From NCBI RefSeq assembly GCF_018350175.1, contig NC_058368.1, positions 147,996,001-148,060,000 of the forward strand: 64,000 bases of DNA, read 5' to 3'. The notes beneath the pieces were generated by a model, which did no database searches, had not been told where the DNA came from, and worked only from the letters and a program-made list of their open reading frames with translations. The DNA is from Felis catus. Taxonomy: Eukaryota. Below are positions 37,586-50,818 of the stretch, in pieces. Both the position numbers and the translations under genes were made by a program. The stretch's first letter is position 1. Each line of letters starts with the position of its first letter.

Positions 37586-40500
37586 AGATTAAATTCAAGC
37601 AATTCTCTCCTTTCCTTTAGTAACCTGCTAATTACAGCTACTGATTCTTTTTCCTCAGTAAATAGAAGTCTCAACTGATATATCTATATCTATCAACTAT
37701 ATATTAGTAGCAAAGGGGAATGTGTGTGTGTAGATACATATATATGTATATATCTATATATACATATATATAGATACATGACATTTTTTGAAGATGACAG
37801 GGAAAACAAATACTTTAATAAAGAGGCTGGGCTAAATTCCCATTTTTGTTTACTGTATATAAAACATTTGGAAACTTTAGTTAGTGAGTTAGGAATACTA
37901 TGGTTATAAAAATATATAAAGTATATGATAACCCCATGAGAAAGTAAAAGCTACTTGTGAAACATAGTATGATAAAATAAATTGTCTCACATATTCAAAT
38001 CTCTCACTGCTATAGCATTCATCGGTATTCAAATCATGGACATACATGCAGTCTGAATTCTCTGAAACAGTATAATAGAGGAAGTATATGTAGACAAAGA
38101 AACTGAGTCAAAAGGGCTGAGTTGTCACTGGTTAAGGCTGGGGTCAGAATTTATAATCTCATGATTATCTTCTACATAAAACTGAAAACAATTTCCATTT
38201 GGATTTATAATATCTCTATTGCCTATTTTCTGAGATCTGACAATCCTATGAGAAGACACATAAAAAAATGAAAATGATAATCATTTTATGATGGCAGGCC
38301 ACATCAGTGTTATTACATTCTTTATCATTACTACTTTAAGTGGCAGAGAAAATTAGTGTTTGTTTTATGAGAATGATCTTATTCTTCTTGAACTCAACAG
38401 CTTAATGTGAAGTGGAGTGTTAGAAAAATTTTCATTTTACTTCTAGTATTGTTCAGAAATAGAGAAGCTCCTGAAAACTGAATCAGTGTTGTTTGGCTGC
38501 AAATAATTTATATGTATTAATAAATTGAGTTTTGATGCTTACGTTACCGGCATTTTAAGAGATTATCTAACATTCACGCACATACACACACAGACAGGCA
38601 AAAGAAAGCGACACAGTAGCATCAAAGTCCACCTTCTCCTATATCCTACTTCCTGTTGCAAGATAGGACATTTTCATGGACTCTTCTTCTCCCTGGATAT
38701 GGATGTGTTGAGTGTAACTGACACATCTTGTCTTTGCTATGTTCCTTTCAAATGGAATGGAATGTAAAATTAGACTCTTCCTATCTCCAAGAATGTCAAT
38801 TAAAAGCTCAAATTCAGAGATGATTAATGGTATATGTCCCCACTTTCTAAAAGGAAACTTAGTCACATACTCAAAGGTCTCACTAAAAGGTAGCTAACTG
38901 GTCCAGTGATCATCAGCCTCAATAGCCTATATGAGAGAAGACTGGTTATTCAACAGGGGAGGAGCTTCTTTAAAAAGAATTTCGAAACCCATAACCAGTC
39001 TAATGTTTTTTTACTCTCTCTCTTAGTTATGAAGATAGAAGAAGACTGCATCTCCTATAATTCAAGCCAACTAAAAGGGTAGTCAAAAGAAGTGGTAATA
39101 GAGATTTTGATGGTTTATAAGAGGAGAAATATCTCACTGTCTACCTGAATGCTCGAAGAATGACAGAGATGTATAGGCCACACAGGTATTGGAATAGAGG
39201 ATTCAGAGATATTCTTGGGAGAATTAACAAGAACCCTCTGACATTTGAGGGAGAATCATAGAGATTGGCACCTGGCTGATAAAGTCTGAAGGCAGAGGCT
39301 GACTTGAATATCCCTAAGTGGAAAGGAAATTAGAAAAAAGACCATTTGCATTCTGAGGTAGTAGGCAAAGGGTTGAATTTCCATACTCCAGCTCCGTGAA
39401 AGGCAACTGAATTTGGGTTGCTCAACAAAACTATCTTCTGGATAAGGTGATATTAGCAGGAGGAGGGAGATCACCACTGTATCAAAACTAAAGGAATATG
39501 ACAAAGGTCAGTTGGAGAATACAATGGCTGTGTTAGAAAGTGGTTAAAAAGTCCAGAGGAATCTCCATTAATTGTCTTTGAAAGAATCATCTATATACTA
39601 CTTAAAAGAGCCAGCATTTGAAAAAAAAATGTATGACTCAACCAAGAGAGAAATACACATTTAAAAAGGCTAAATTAATGGATCCTTATCTTGATGCTGA
39701 AATTTCTCCACACTGCTCAATATTGGAGGAGCTAAAATCAATAGATGAGGGTAAGGTCCTGGAGCTTGTAAGACTTGAGTGAAATAGATCATGTGTTCAC
39801 TTTCCTACTGCTCTCAGAGAGAAAGCAATGAGGTATGAGAGCACTGGCCGGGATTCATGGAGGTGGGGTTGTGGAGAAAGAGGGAGGCTAACATTTTGAA
39901 TTTAATGAGAGTTTCAAATTTAACATGAGATTTAGGTGGTACACTCTAATATGTGAAAATAAGACTGCTTTTAAAACTGCTTCATTCAATGGCTTCTGTA
40001 CTCTCAAGGTCCAACCATCAGAGGTCCAACAATTTTTGGCTCAGCTGTATTTTCTTCTTTAGGAAGATGAAGTTTAGTAATAGTACTGTGGTCATTAGCA
40101 CTGTTCACAAATTATTTTAGTTATCTACCTTCTCCACAATGCGCTTTGGCCAAAAACTGTATTACTGTAGCACAGTGACAGAAGGCTTAATGGACTTATT
40201 ATCATTAATCATAGTTATTCTCCACTTCTTTAGTAATCAGAGATGAATATGTTGAGAAGATGTCCAGGAATGTCTGGGTCTCCAAGTCACTTGCCATGAA
40301 TAGATTTAACAGTAAAACACATACCATTAGTATCTCCTAAAACCAACTTGGCTCATTTTGTCCTCTCAGATGTCAACATTAACTTTAATTTTCTTGAATT
40401 AATCTTTTTTATTGTTTTAAAAATTAATTAAAATATACTCTACCTCTTTTCTCTCATTTGTTATGTGACAAATTTCTGTTCCCTATATAATGAATCCTTC

Positions 40501-40815
40501 ATCAATGATGACTCTGAAGCCATATATTCCATAATTAAAATTAACAAATAAAATTTCAGTATGGACATTTTTCTCATAAAGAACCTTTTTGCACTCAAAA
40601 TTATTTTCATTCCTAATTTAAATAAAGTATTTCATAAATATAAAAATTTTAAAATAATATTTAATGAATAGAGTAGAAAAGAAGATATTACAATGGGTAT
40701 GATATACAGGCTGCTAAAAAAAGACTGGAGTATAACAACTCTTATACATATGTTTTTTTCTAATATATTTGGATGTATATTCACATCTATATGCAGTTAT
40801 ATCATGTACGTGCAC

Positions 40816-41497
40816 TGGTGGAAAAATATAATTAAAAACAAAATCTTCTACCAACTCAGAAAACTTCTCCACAAAGGCATAAAAGAAACCAATTTTGTTG
40901 CTGAATTAGAATTAAACCAGAATGTGATGTGCATCACAGGCAATCTGCTAAGAGATTGCCAAGACAGAGACAAATCTGACACTTTTATCCATGTAACCAC
41001 ATAGAACTCATTGCATGTATGTTCTCAAGATAATAAGAGAACTTGACAACACTGTCACACAGAGCTCATCCTAAATTCACTGAGGCAGTCACCTATGTTT
41101 AATTCGCTTACCTAAAAAAAGTAAAAATAAACTTCTCACATATTTATGACAGGAGGCAGTCTTAGAGCCAGGTGGCTTGCTGAAGTTAGGCTTCCATTCT
41201 CCCACGGAACCTGGTAATGGGGTGTCTCTGAAATGAAATTAAATGAAATGATTACATTTCAATGAGATGGTTCCCAGGCTCCTGAGAAAGGCATTCCTGA
41301 GTTGCAACACAGACACAATAAGTCTTATTTAGCTTTTAAGAGAAACTACATACATTTCCAGGACACAGGAAACGAAGTTACAAGTTATCTTAAGTAAGTA
41401 CTCTAAGAAAAGGGAGAAAGAAAAGGGAGACATCTCTTCCCTTATTTCCAGCAAGGAGAATCAAGCTTCTCATTTTTAATTTATATTTGCCCTTAGA
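40816..41497 (-). mobile_element. ERV1-class solo LTR (MER90/MER34-like)
   Basis: ctcttcccttatttcc...ggagaatcaagcttctcatttttaatttatatttgcccttag at the 5' terminus; ttaaaccagaatgtgatgtgcatcacaggcaatctgctaagagattgc; gattacatttcaatgagatggttcccagg. Confidence 0.75.
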
Positions 41498-41737
41498 GTC
41501 TATCTGTAAGAACTTTCCTAGCCATTGCATTACAAGTAACAGCATTTCACCTTTTTTTTTTAATTTTAAGAAAAATAAAGAGTAATTTTATTCTTAAAAT
41601 ATTTTAAGGTTCCAGGCAAAATTAACTTTAATAAATTTATTTCACGGTAATCATTGAAATAGACTTTGCTTTCCCAAATTGTTGTTATGGTCTATTGTCA
41701 ACAATGCTCATTAATATATAATTAAAAAATACCTCTC

Positions 41738-41935
41738 AGGGCACCTGGGTGGCTCAGTCAGTTAGGCATCCAACTCTTGATTTCAGCTCAGGTCATGATC
41801 TCACATTTCATGAGATGGAGCCCCACGTAGGGGCTCCGTACTGACAGTGCAGAGCCTGCTTGGAACTCTCTCTCTCCCTCTCTCTCTGCCCATCCCCTGC
41901 GCTTGTTCTCACTCTCTCAAAATAAATAATCTTAA
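41738..41935 (+). mobile_element. CanSINE (older subfamily with ctcttgatttc head)
   Basis: SINE head and tail; perfect 14-bp TSD aaaaaatacctctc (41724-41737 and 41936-41949). Confidence 0.95.
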
Positions 41936-42063
41936 AAAAAATACCTCTCTAAGCCGAGTATCAGAGTTTCTTATGGCGCAGGATGGCATTTTTATTTTTA
42001 GTTAAAATTTTTAAATATAAAAAAGGGAAATTTTATGTCGATGCATTTAATGTGCAAAATTTA

Positions 42064-42110
42064 TGCAAAAATAATAAGTGCAAAAATAATAAGTGCAAAA
42101 ACATAATAAG
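42064..42110. repeat. 15-bp tandem repeat x3
   Basis: tgcaaaaataataag twice, then tgcaaaaacataataag. Confidence 0.85.
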
Positions 42111-44610
42111 TGATTTTTTTTTTACAAAATTAACAGTGATGAAACCGGCACTTGGTAGGATAGAACATTACCAGAAGCTCCCCTCGTACCTGTTATTACT
42201 CACTATGCTTCATCAAAAGTAACTACTATCCTGAGCTCAGTAACCATAGGTTTCTTGTGCCAATTAATTTTTTGAAATGTATATAAATAGGATATAGGAA
42301 ACTCACTCTCTTATATCTGGCTTCTTACACTTATAATCATGTTTGGGATTCTATCTATGCTGTGATGTGCAGAACGCAATGTTCATTGTCAGTGTTGAAA
42401 GGTAATTCACTGAATGAATCTTTCTGTTATCCTAACATTGATAGATATTTTGGTTATATTAACTTTAGGACTATAATGAATAACGCTAATACCAACATTT
42501 CTATATGCGCATTTCTGTTAGGTATATGCTGTAAGTTGAATTGCTAGGTAATAGGATATCAGCTCATTCACCTTTGGTTGATGGTGACAACTATTTTCTA
42601 ATGTAATTATACCAATCTAACTTTCCTAAAACAGTGTATAATAGAATCAGTTTCTCTATATCTTAGGCAATAATTTTGTTTGTTCGTTTGTTTTTCATTT
42701 TATCTATTGTCTTACTCCATTTGGGCTACTAGAACAAAATACCACAGACTAGGTAACCTAAAAACAACAAAATGTTGCTGCTCACAATTCTAGAGACTGG
42801 GCAGACTGAGATCAGGCACCAGGATGATATGGTGAGGACCCTTTTCCTACTTCACTGACAGCACTCTTCTCATGGTGTCTCTACCTAGTAGAACCGGTAG
42901 AGAGCTTCATGGGGTATCTTTTATAAGTGTATAAATTCCATTTAATGAGATCTCCATTCCCAAGATCATGTCACCTCCCAAAGTCCCTACCTATTAAGAT
43001 CACATTTGAAGGCTAGGGTTTCATCATATGAATTTGGGGTAGGTTATGGGAGGGACAACGTTCACAGAAAGCAGCCACTTTTTGCGTTGACAATGGTATT
43101 TCATCATAATTTTAACTTGCACTTCTCTAACAAAGGCACAAAAAGATAGAAGTAAAGATATAGATATCCTTTCGTGTACGTTTGCATGTGTATGTGTGTG
43201 TGTGTGTGAAGGATTTATTAATTTTTTTGTCTATTTTTTTCTTCTAGACTTAAATTATGAATGTAAGTTCCTTTTCAGGGGTACATATATTGCAATCATC
43301 TTCTCTAACTCAGAGACTTGCTTTTCACTCATAGCAGTGTCGTTTGATAAACCAAGTTATTAATATAGTACAATCTGCCAACTTTCTATATTTTCTGCCT
43401 TTAAGAGAAATTTTTTTACTATCCTAATTCATAAGGATATTCTCTCACATTTTACTCTAGAAGCTTTATTAGCTTCATGCTTCACATTTTGATGTGAAAT
43501 TATTCTGGAATTTTTTTATTCTTTCAAATTTCCATATGGATATCTGACTGTGATTTATTGGAAGGATTATTCTCCCCAAGTGCACAGGAATACCTTTGTC
43601 ATAATTCAAGATATTATATGTGTATGGGTCTTTCTTTTATAACTAGTCTGTTTCCTTGGTATACTTACTCACTATTACATGTTTACATAGTGTTAGTTAC
43701 TGTAGCTTTATAAAGTATTTATCAGGAAGCATCTAGCTTTATTCCTCCTTTGGGTCCAACGGTTTCTGCTGAGAGATCTGCTGCCCATGTTATTGTTGCT
43801 CCTTTGAAAGTTGTCTTTTTTGTCTGACTGATTGTGATATTTTTCCTTTTTATTTGCTTTTTATCACTTTTCCACAATATGTGTAGATGTGCTTTTCCAC
43901 GCATTTATCCTGATATGGTTCCTTAATGCTTTCTGAATATATAAATTGATGTGCTTTTGTCATTAAAAAGGAAATTCTGAGCCATTAACTCTTTGATGTT
44001 GTTTTTGCCCTCATTTCCTTTTCATCTCTTCCCTTCTGCATTTGCCCTGCTTTTATCTAGGCAATTCAGCCTGAATATTTTCTAATAATCTATCTTCTAG
44101 TCCATAAATCCTCTCTTCTTGTCTGTCCAATTTAGTTAATACCATACATTGATTTCCTAATTTCAGTTATTGTATTGGTTAGAAACAGAATTTCCCATTG
44201 ATTGTTTTCATAATTTACTGTCCTCTGGCAAAATTATTCTTGCCTTCTATTTTCTTAGACATGTTAATCACAGTTAACTTAGAGTTTATATTTGAGGACA
44301 CTAATAACCTGATCATCCCTATGTCTATTATCTGATTTTCTCCTCTTGGCTGTATTTTCTTAATATTCCAGTAGATTTCTAATTGAATAAAGGACACTGT
44401 TAATGAAATATACAAAGACTATATATTATATTATCTTTCTCCGAAGAGGGACTATCCCATCTTAATTCAATCATCACGAGCTGGGTTGCAATTTTTTATA
44501 AAATACTTGCGTAGGTGTGGTTTCTTGCCCTTACTGTACAATAACTCTCTAGGAGCCCTAAATGATGCTCTGAGGTGTTTACTACTAACAGCCTTAGCAG
44601 GCCTTGAAAT
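42111..44610 (-). mobile_element. Ancient L1M/HAL1-like element (3' end plus ORF1-like part)
   Basis: tagaacattaccagaagctccc...aaagtaactactatcctg (3'UTR); gtttctgctgagagatctgctg...ttattgttgctcctttgaa (antisense ORF1; ORF 43722-43904 ITWAADLSAET). Confidence 0.65.
42708..43073 (-). mobile_element. MaLR solo LTR (MLT1A-like) nested in L1M
   Basis: tgtcttactccatttgggctactagaacaaaataccacagactagg...ctcacaattctagagactgg...cacctcccaaagtcc...gggtttcatcatatgaatttgggg. Confidence 0.85.
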
Positions 44611-44628
44611 TCAAAATTTGTCTATTTA

Positions 44629-44793
44629 GGGCCACTTGAGTAGCTCAGTCATTTCAGCATCTGACTTTGGCTCAGGTCATGATCTTGCAGTTCTTGAGTT
44701 CGATCCCAGCGTCAGGCTCTGTGCTGACAGCTCAGAGCCTGGTTCCTGCTTCAGATTCTGTGTTTCCATTTCTCTCTGCCCTTCCCATGCTTG

Positions 44794-44824
<31 letters not shown>

Positions 44825-44840
44825 ATAAATATTTTTTTTT
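44629..44840 (+). mobile_element. CanSINE
   Basis: SINE body with CT tract; TSD 14/16 (44613-44628 and 44841-44856). Confidence 0.94.
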
Positions 44841-45054
44841 AAAAAATGTCTATTTAATACTGTCAGACCCTAGAAAACTCCACAGATGAATCCAAAGTAT
44901 TTGCATTTTTCATAAAGCACCTGATACTGAAAGTGGTCACAGTTTTGACTTCCTGCAGGACTTCTCCCATATGACATTAAAATTTCAAAATAGAAAACTC
45001 CCTCTGACACTGTTCTACTTTGTGAAAAAAAATCCACTATTTCAAAACAAGAGG

Positions 45055-45270
45055 TAATATATCATCCTGGTTAAAAGTACTGTTTGTAAATCAGGCAAAC
45101 AAGGTGTGAATCCAAGTTCCATGATGAAATAAATCAATGACTACTGGTAAGTAACATGTCTGTGACACTCAGGTGTTTTTTGTTGTTGTTGTTGTTGTTG
45201 TTGTTAATAAATCACAAATAAAAATAGCAGTCATACATAAGTTATTTATAAAGTTAAATGTTGTTTAATT
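45055..45270 (+). mobile_element. MIR remnant with an internal (TGT)8 repeat
   Basis: tggttaaaagtactg...aaatcaggcaaac..ggtgtgaatccaagttcc; (TGT)8 at 45181-45204. Confidence 0.55.
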
Positions 45271-45454
45271 TTAAATTATTTTTTAGTTAATATATTATGA
45301 TTCACATACTTTTTTATGTGTGGGAATACAGTGAAAAAAATAGTCAATAAATGCTGCCTTCAATGGAGTATATGTTCTAATGTGGGAAAGAGCCAATAAA
45401 TACCAATAGACAAATAAATATGGTATGTCAAATTGTTGTAGGTGTTATGGAGGA

Positions 45455-46804
45455 AAATAGGTGACCATTATTCTGAAAGTCAGTCATCCTGCTCCCAGGC
45501 ACTCCTTAAAATTGCCTAACTGGCTGATGAACAAATTGACCATGGCAGCAGTAGATGTTATAGTGGGAAGAGAATATAGGATTTCCACTCACCAGAAGAG
45601 AGCTGGTTACAGCCACTGGTGAGTACAAATGTGCCCACAGCAGAACCCAACACTTAGCCCCTATTATGGCACCATCCCCTAGGATTAGCAGTCAGGTCAA
45701 CTGGTGGAAGAAGCAACAATCTGTTCTCACTAGAGCAGACATTTACTCTAGACCTAGATTTTTCTTCACTGTCTGCAATGCTTCCACCAAAGTCACTATC
45801 CATGGACTTACAGAATACCAAACTAACCAGGTTGATGTTATATACAACATCATTTTGGATCAACCAATGAAGTTTGCAAATGAGCCCAGTTCCATAAATT
45901 CAATGGATGTATATTTTCCTTATCATCTAGAAACACCTGGCTTGATAGAACAGAATAATTTCCTTATGAACTCTTACTTATGGTTATATCTCAGTTGTAC
46001 AACCTTGCAGATGTGGGACATTTATCTCCAGGATGTGATACTTACTCTAAATCAGTAACACATATATGTTTCTCCCATAGCCAAGATTTATGGATCTGTG
46101 AATCAAAGGGTAAAAATGAAAAGTACCTCCTTTCACTATTACCACAAGTGATCCATTAGGGAAGGAAAAAAAAGAAAAGAAAATGAAACGAAACGAAACG
46201 AAACAAAACATAAGGAAAGGAAAGGAAAGGAAAGGAAAGGAAAGGAAAGGAAAGGAAAGGAAAGGAAAGGAAAGGAAAGGAAAGGAAAGGAAAGGAAAGG
46301 AAGGAAAGGATAATGAAAAGAAAAGGGCAGGGGAGAAGAGAGTGGAGGGGAGGTAAGATTTCCTATTCCCTATAACTTTAGGTTCTAATGGTGGAGAAGT
46401 CTTAAATCTGAAAGTTGGAATGATTATATCAATGACAAAATAATGATTCTACTGAACTAGAATTTGAGATGGCAACCTAACCACTTTTAGCTCCTCATGT
46501 CAATGAATCAGATAAAGCAAGGGGTTACAGTTCTGATTGAGTAAATGACTCGGACAATCAAGGAAATAGTGGGTTGCTACTACACAATGAGGACTCATAA
46601 TAATATATCTAGAAGATAGGTGATTCCCCAGGAGGCCTCTCAATACCCTCAACTACTATGATTAAAGCCAGTGGAAAAGTTATATCATGTTAGGTAGAAG
46701 CATCACTTGATTGTTTTTATTGGAAATTAGTGTGTTTAAAGAGATATATATGGGTACTAAGTGACAAAAGGTAGACAAAAGGTACTAAGTGACAAGGGTA
46801 GATA
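45455..46804 (+). mobile_element. ERV-L internal region 3' part: degraded integrase, dUTPase and polypurine tract
   Basis: ORF 45666-46058 (WKKQQSVLTRADIYS..NASTKVTIHGLTE..PGLIEQNN..LQDVILTLNQ) parallels ERV-L integrase; 46360-46680 parallels ERV-L dUTPase (GVTVL..GLLLHN); ends gacaagggtagata before the LTR. Confidence 0.85.
46160..46353. repeat. Purine-rich pentanucleotide array, mainly (AAAGG)17 with GAAAA and GAAAC units
   Basis: 17 perfect aaagg units at 46216-46300. Confidence 0.95.
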
Positions 46805-47426
46805 TGTATGAGTACTAATTAACAAAAAGTTAATTGAGCAAAGCTGATTACTTTCCTTGGAATAACCTTACCTGTAGGCTGTTGGTAAGAGTAGGCCATA
46901 AGACACATTGTTGCAAAGATGTGGAGGGAAGAAATAAAGCAGCAGGTTTATTGATCTTTATGTGCAGAAGGTATACCAAGGTAATGGGGCACTTTTGAGC
47001 TCACACGTGTTGCTGCTTTCTGCTGGCTAAACCTGTATGGTGGGGAAATGGGCAAGCAGCAGCAGCAGGCCTGCAAATGATTTACATCCCCCTAGATCTT
47101 CCTTCAGCTTCTATGAATCCTGGGCCAGATGTGTGTTTAGCTCCATAAAGAAGGACAACAGTTTCTCATGTAGGACAACAATCTCATCATAGTCAGAAGC
47201 AATGAAAACTGAAATGGGTTCCAGTTAACATATAAGGGTTCCAGTTTTTACCTGAGTCTCAGTTTCTCTTTGTTCTCTTTTTTATCCATCTTTCCTTCTT
47301 TGTCCATCTTTCCTTCCTAACTGCCTGCTCTGCAGACTTCAACTTCCAGCCTCAAATACGAAAACCAAAGTCTGAAAGAGCCCGCAATGGTTCTTCTGTT
47401 TGTCATATTGAACTCTAACTGATAAA
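46805..47426 (+). mobile_element. ERV-L 3' LTR (MLT2E/F-like)
   Basis: Begins tg right after the PPT; agagtaggccataagacacatt...gatgtggagggaagaaataaagcagcag; ends gaactctaactgataaa (cf. ctgactgataca). Confidence 0.75.
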
Positions 47427-47611
47427 AGTATAAAGGGATGTTTTCATTGAGGAGAACACAGTTGAATAAACACTGAAGAGGAGAGGGAATGAATTGATTT
47501 TTGAGTCTCAGGAGTTCAGTAGGATAAACTGAAGTTAAAAAATAGGTATTAAAGTTAAAACAAATATAATTATTCATAGTGGAATTATTAAAACAAGAAT
47601 TTATTATTCAT

Positions 47612-48050
47612 GAAAAAATTCATTATTCATTGATTCTGTATTTGTGAATGTGCCTACTCACTAAAATTTATTTATAATTCCCAAATCAGTACTGCCAGTG
47701 TTTTCATGGTCATTCACACACATGTGCACAGTGGCACAAATTTTGAGTTTTGTCACCACTGAAATAACTGGTTTGTTTCATGAGGACATTGTCAAATGAA
47801 CCTATGTAATGGAAATGGTCTCCAAACCCCTGGCATAAGACCATGCAATCCATTATGTAAGATATATTAAATAAGGTGCCTTTAAACAGAAATGCATATA
47901 AAATAAAGCTAGTTGATGAAAATGTGACAAGTCTCTCAGGAACCTAACCCTATATTTTCCCTAGGAGCAAGAATTCCCTATTCACTAACTGTGTGTTTGT
48001 GGCAACTCTGTAGAATATTAACTATCCTGAATAATGAAAGTGAATAACAA
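47612..48050 (+). mobile_element. Tigger4/MER46-type DNA transposon (non-autonomous)
   Basis: cattattcattgattctgtatttgtgaatgtgcctactcactaaaatttattt... and attaaataaggtgcctttaaacagaaa...ggaacctaaccctatattttccctaggagcaa...gaataatga. Confidence 0.85.
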
Positions 48051-48058
48051 TAAATGAA

Positions 48059-48079
48059 ACACACACACACACACACACA

Positions 48080-48116
<37 letters not shown>
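48059..48116. repeat. (AC)12(GT)17 self-complementary microsatellite
   Basis: Counted directly; perfect 48-bp palindrome at 48059-48106. Confidence 0.95.
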
Positions 48117-48117
<1 letters not shown>

Positions 48118-50514
48118 TGATATTATTACTCTTAGCTGAGACAGAAAATGATATTATATAAAAAATATAAAAAACAGCTATTTTAAGTTGGTAGAGATTT
48201 TAAATGAAGCTCTACCAAAATGTGGCACTGTTTATATGAAGTGGTATAACAGCTTTCTGAGAATCTCGGCATTTATATAAATGTTGGATTCTTATTTTAT
48301 TCAGATGATTTAAACAAATACTTTAACAAATTATTTGTTTGATATATTTGCCTCCTCACAAATGTATCTGAAGAACTGGCAGTCATCAAAATTTAGAATT
48401 TATGAGATCACAGTTATTTTTATTAAGTCTCTGGATTAATAGACACAACTAAATTTTTAAGTACATCTTAGGTAGAGAGCAACAAGACAATGAGAACCTA
48501 CTGTAGAGCTCATACTCAAATAATAATGTAATAGCTATATTTTTCCTCAGACTGTCTGTGTTCATCACACAAAGGCAGCATGTTTTCCTAGAGAAACAAG
48601 CTGATAAAGCAATGATGAGCTAATGAGTTATTTAGTAGGAGAAAGGATTCTATTATGTGTGGAATATGTCATTTTATAGTGCTTCTTATACCTATATAAG
48701 AAACCGTATATCTGTCTTATCTATCACAGAAGTGCTAAAGAGCATAACTTGTGCCCTGAAACTTTAGGGAAGTTCCATATAGCTAAGATCATTCTATTTT
48801 AGAAGCTAATAATAGAAATGTTTGCTATTTTAGTCATTAGACTCATTATTGGAATTAGTAAAGTGTGTGTTTCAAGGCATCACAAGTTTTAGGATCCATG
48901 AGTAAATGTCTTGTTTATTGAACGTTAGGTAATAACGTTAATAAGATACTGGATCACATGGAAATAATGAACAACAAATCAATCTCAAATAGCTAACCTA
49001 TAAAATCATATTTTGCATCTGAACTCAATAAATTTTACAGAAGAACAGCATGAATTCAAAAGCATTAGCCAGTGTTTTTTGCATAGCTTCATCCCAGAGT
49101 TCAAGCCATCAAGACAAAAATTAGTACAGTGAAGGACTTTCTTACTGAATAGGGCTCTGATAGACTTTGTGGATTAATATAGTACTCAGACACTGGCTTA
49201 GAACTAGAAAAAGCTTATAAATTTGTTGATGATAATCACAATGTCGACAATGCCAAGTGACCTGCTTCATTTACTAAACAGCCATTAGGTGTTTAGTTAT
49301 TAACAAAGAATATATACTGACAAGTTACCTGATACATTGATTAGATATTCTTCCCCTTATTATGCCACTGTTAGTAATCATTATTTATGTATTATCCTAA
49401 AAAGTTCTTGCTAGTCAGTAACAGTTATTGTACATTCATAAGTTCCTAAATGTCTACGATTGAGGAATTTAAACTCAGTGAAAAGAAGGTACTATTTGAT
49501 GACAGAAAAAAGTAGAGGTTAATGGAACAGAAAAAAAAAAAGTCAGCCAGAAATAGACTAAATTCTCTAAGCAGAAGACAAAGAAAATAAGAGAAATAGG
49601 ATACACATATAGGATTTGGTTTATATGTATGTGTAAGTGTACATTTCTGTTCACTTTTACATTTTGCGATGCCTAGCTGTAACTGTGCAGAACAGACAGT
49701 AAAGATTAGTGTGGACAACTCTGAGAATTAAAAACTCTACAGAGACCCAGTTATCTAGGGACTCCATTATTTGTGAGTTTACCTCCTGAATCTTTACCAG
49801 GTTTTCACAGTGAGTATTGGGGAAAAATCCCCTTGCACTTCTGGTAGGGGGAGAAGAAAAGGACCCATTTAGAAATAAACCTGAGCATTCTGTTCTTTTT
49901 AACAGGGTCTGACCTCATGAGGAATAATTTAACAGGAGCCTAATTTGGGTTTTATGAGAACTTAACTGATCTGGGAGAAGGGAAATACTAAACTTCAGCT
50001 CACTCTAGACATATTGTCCAACGTAGTATGGAAGTAGGGGAGGACTGATAATCATATGCATGTCACAGTCCAGGGGCACAGTCTCACTAAAAGACTGAGA
50101 CCTATTCATTCTTCTCCACATGGCTTACCACCACATTACTAAAGGCCTACTTACAGCAGTTCCTTGTAAATGTATATTTACAAGACATACCAAAAAGGAA
50201 AAAAAAAAACAGATTTGAAAGAGATAATCAATAGAATCAGACTCAGATACAGCAGGAATGTTGGAATTAGCCTGGAAATTTAAAACACCTATGATTAATT
50301 TGATAAGGGCTTTAATGGATAAAGTAGACAGCATAAGAACAAATGATCAATATAGGCAATGAGATGGAAATTCTATGAAACAACCAAAAACAAATGCTAG
50401 AGAAAAAAAATAACAAATGAAAAATGTCTTTGATGGCATTTTTTTGCAGAAGGGTTAAGAGGAAAGTAAGCAAGCAAGCAAGAAACAAAGGAAAGAGGGA
50501 GGGAGGATGGACAA

Positions 50515-50685
50515 GGCACCTGGGTGGCTAAGTTGGTTAAGCATCTGAGTCTTGATTTAGGCTCAGGTCATGATCTAACAGTTTGTGGGACTGAGCCCAG
50601 CATCCCGCTCTGTGCTGTCAGCAAAGAGCCTGCTTGGGATTCTCTTTCTCCCTCTTTCTCTGCCCCTCCCCAACTCACATGCATG

Positions 50686-50776
<91 letters not shown>

Positions 50777-50818
50777 TATATATTTCCCTCAAAATAAATA
50801 AATAAACATTTAAAAAAA
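50515..50818 (+). mobile_element. CanSINE with expanded (TC)n(TA)n(CA)n microsatellite
   Basis: SINE head and tail; TC run 50695-50738, TA run 50739-50764, CA run 50765-50776; no clear TSD. Confidence 0.93.

Noticed and set aside
38850..39980. Possible very old LTR (LTR78-like) region
   Set aside because: Only a vague resemblance; termini and family cannot be supported by eye.
42064..42110. Short direct repeats as a CRISPR-like array
   Set aside because: Tandem units without unique spacers, in mammalian DNA with no cas genes.
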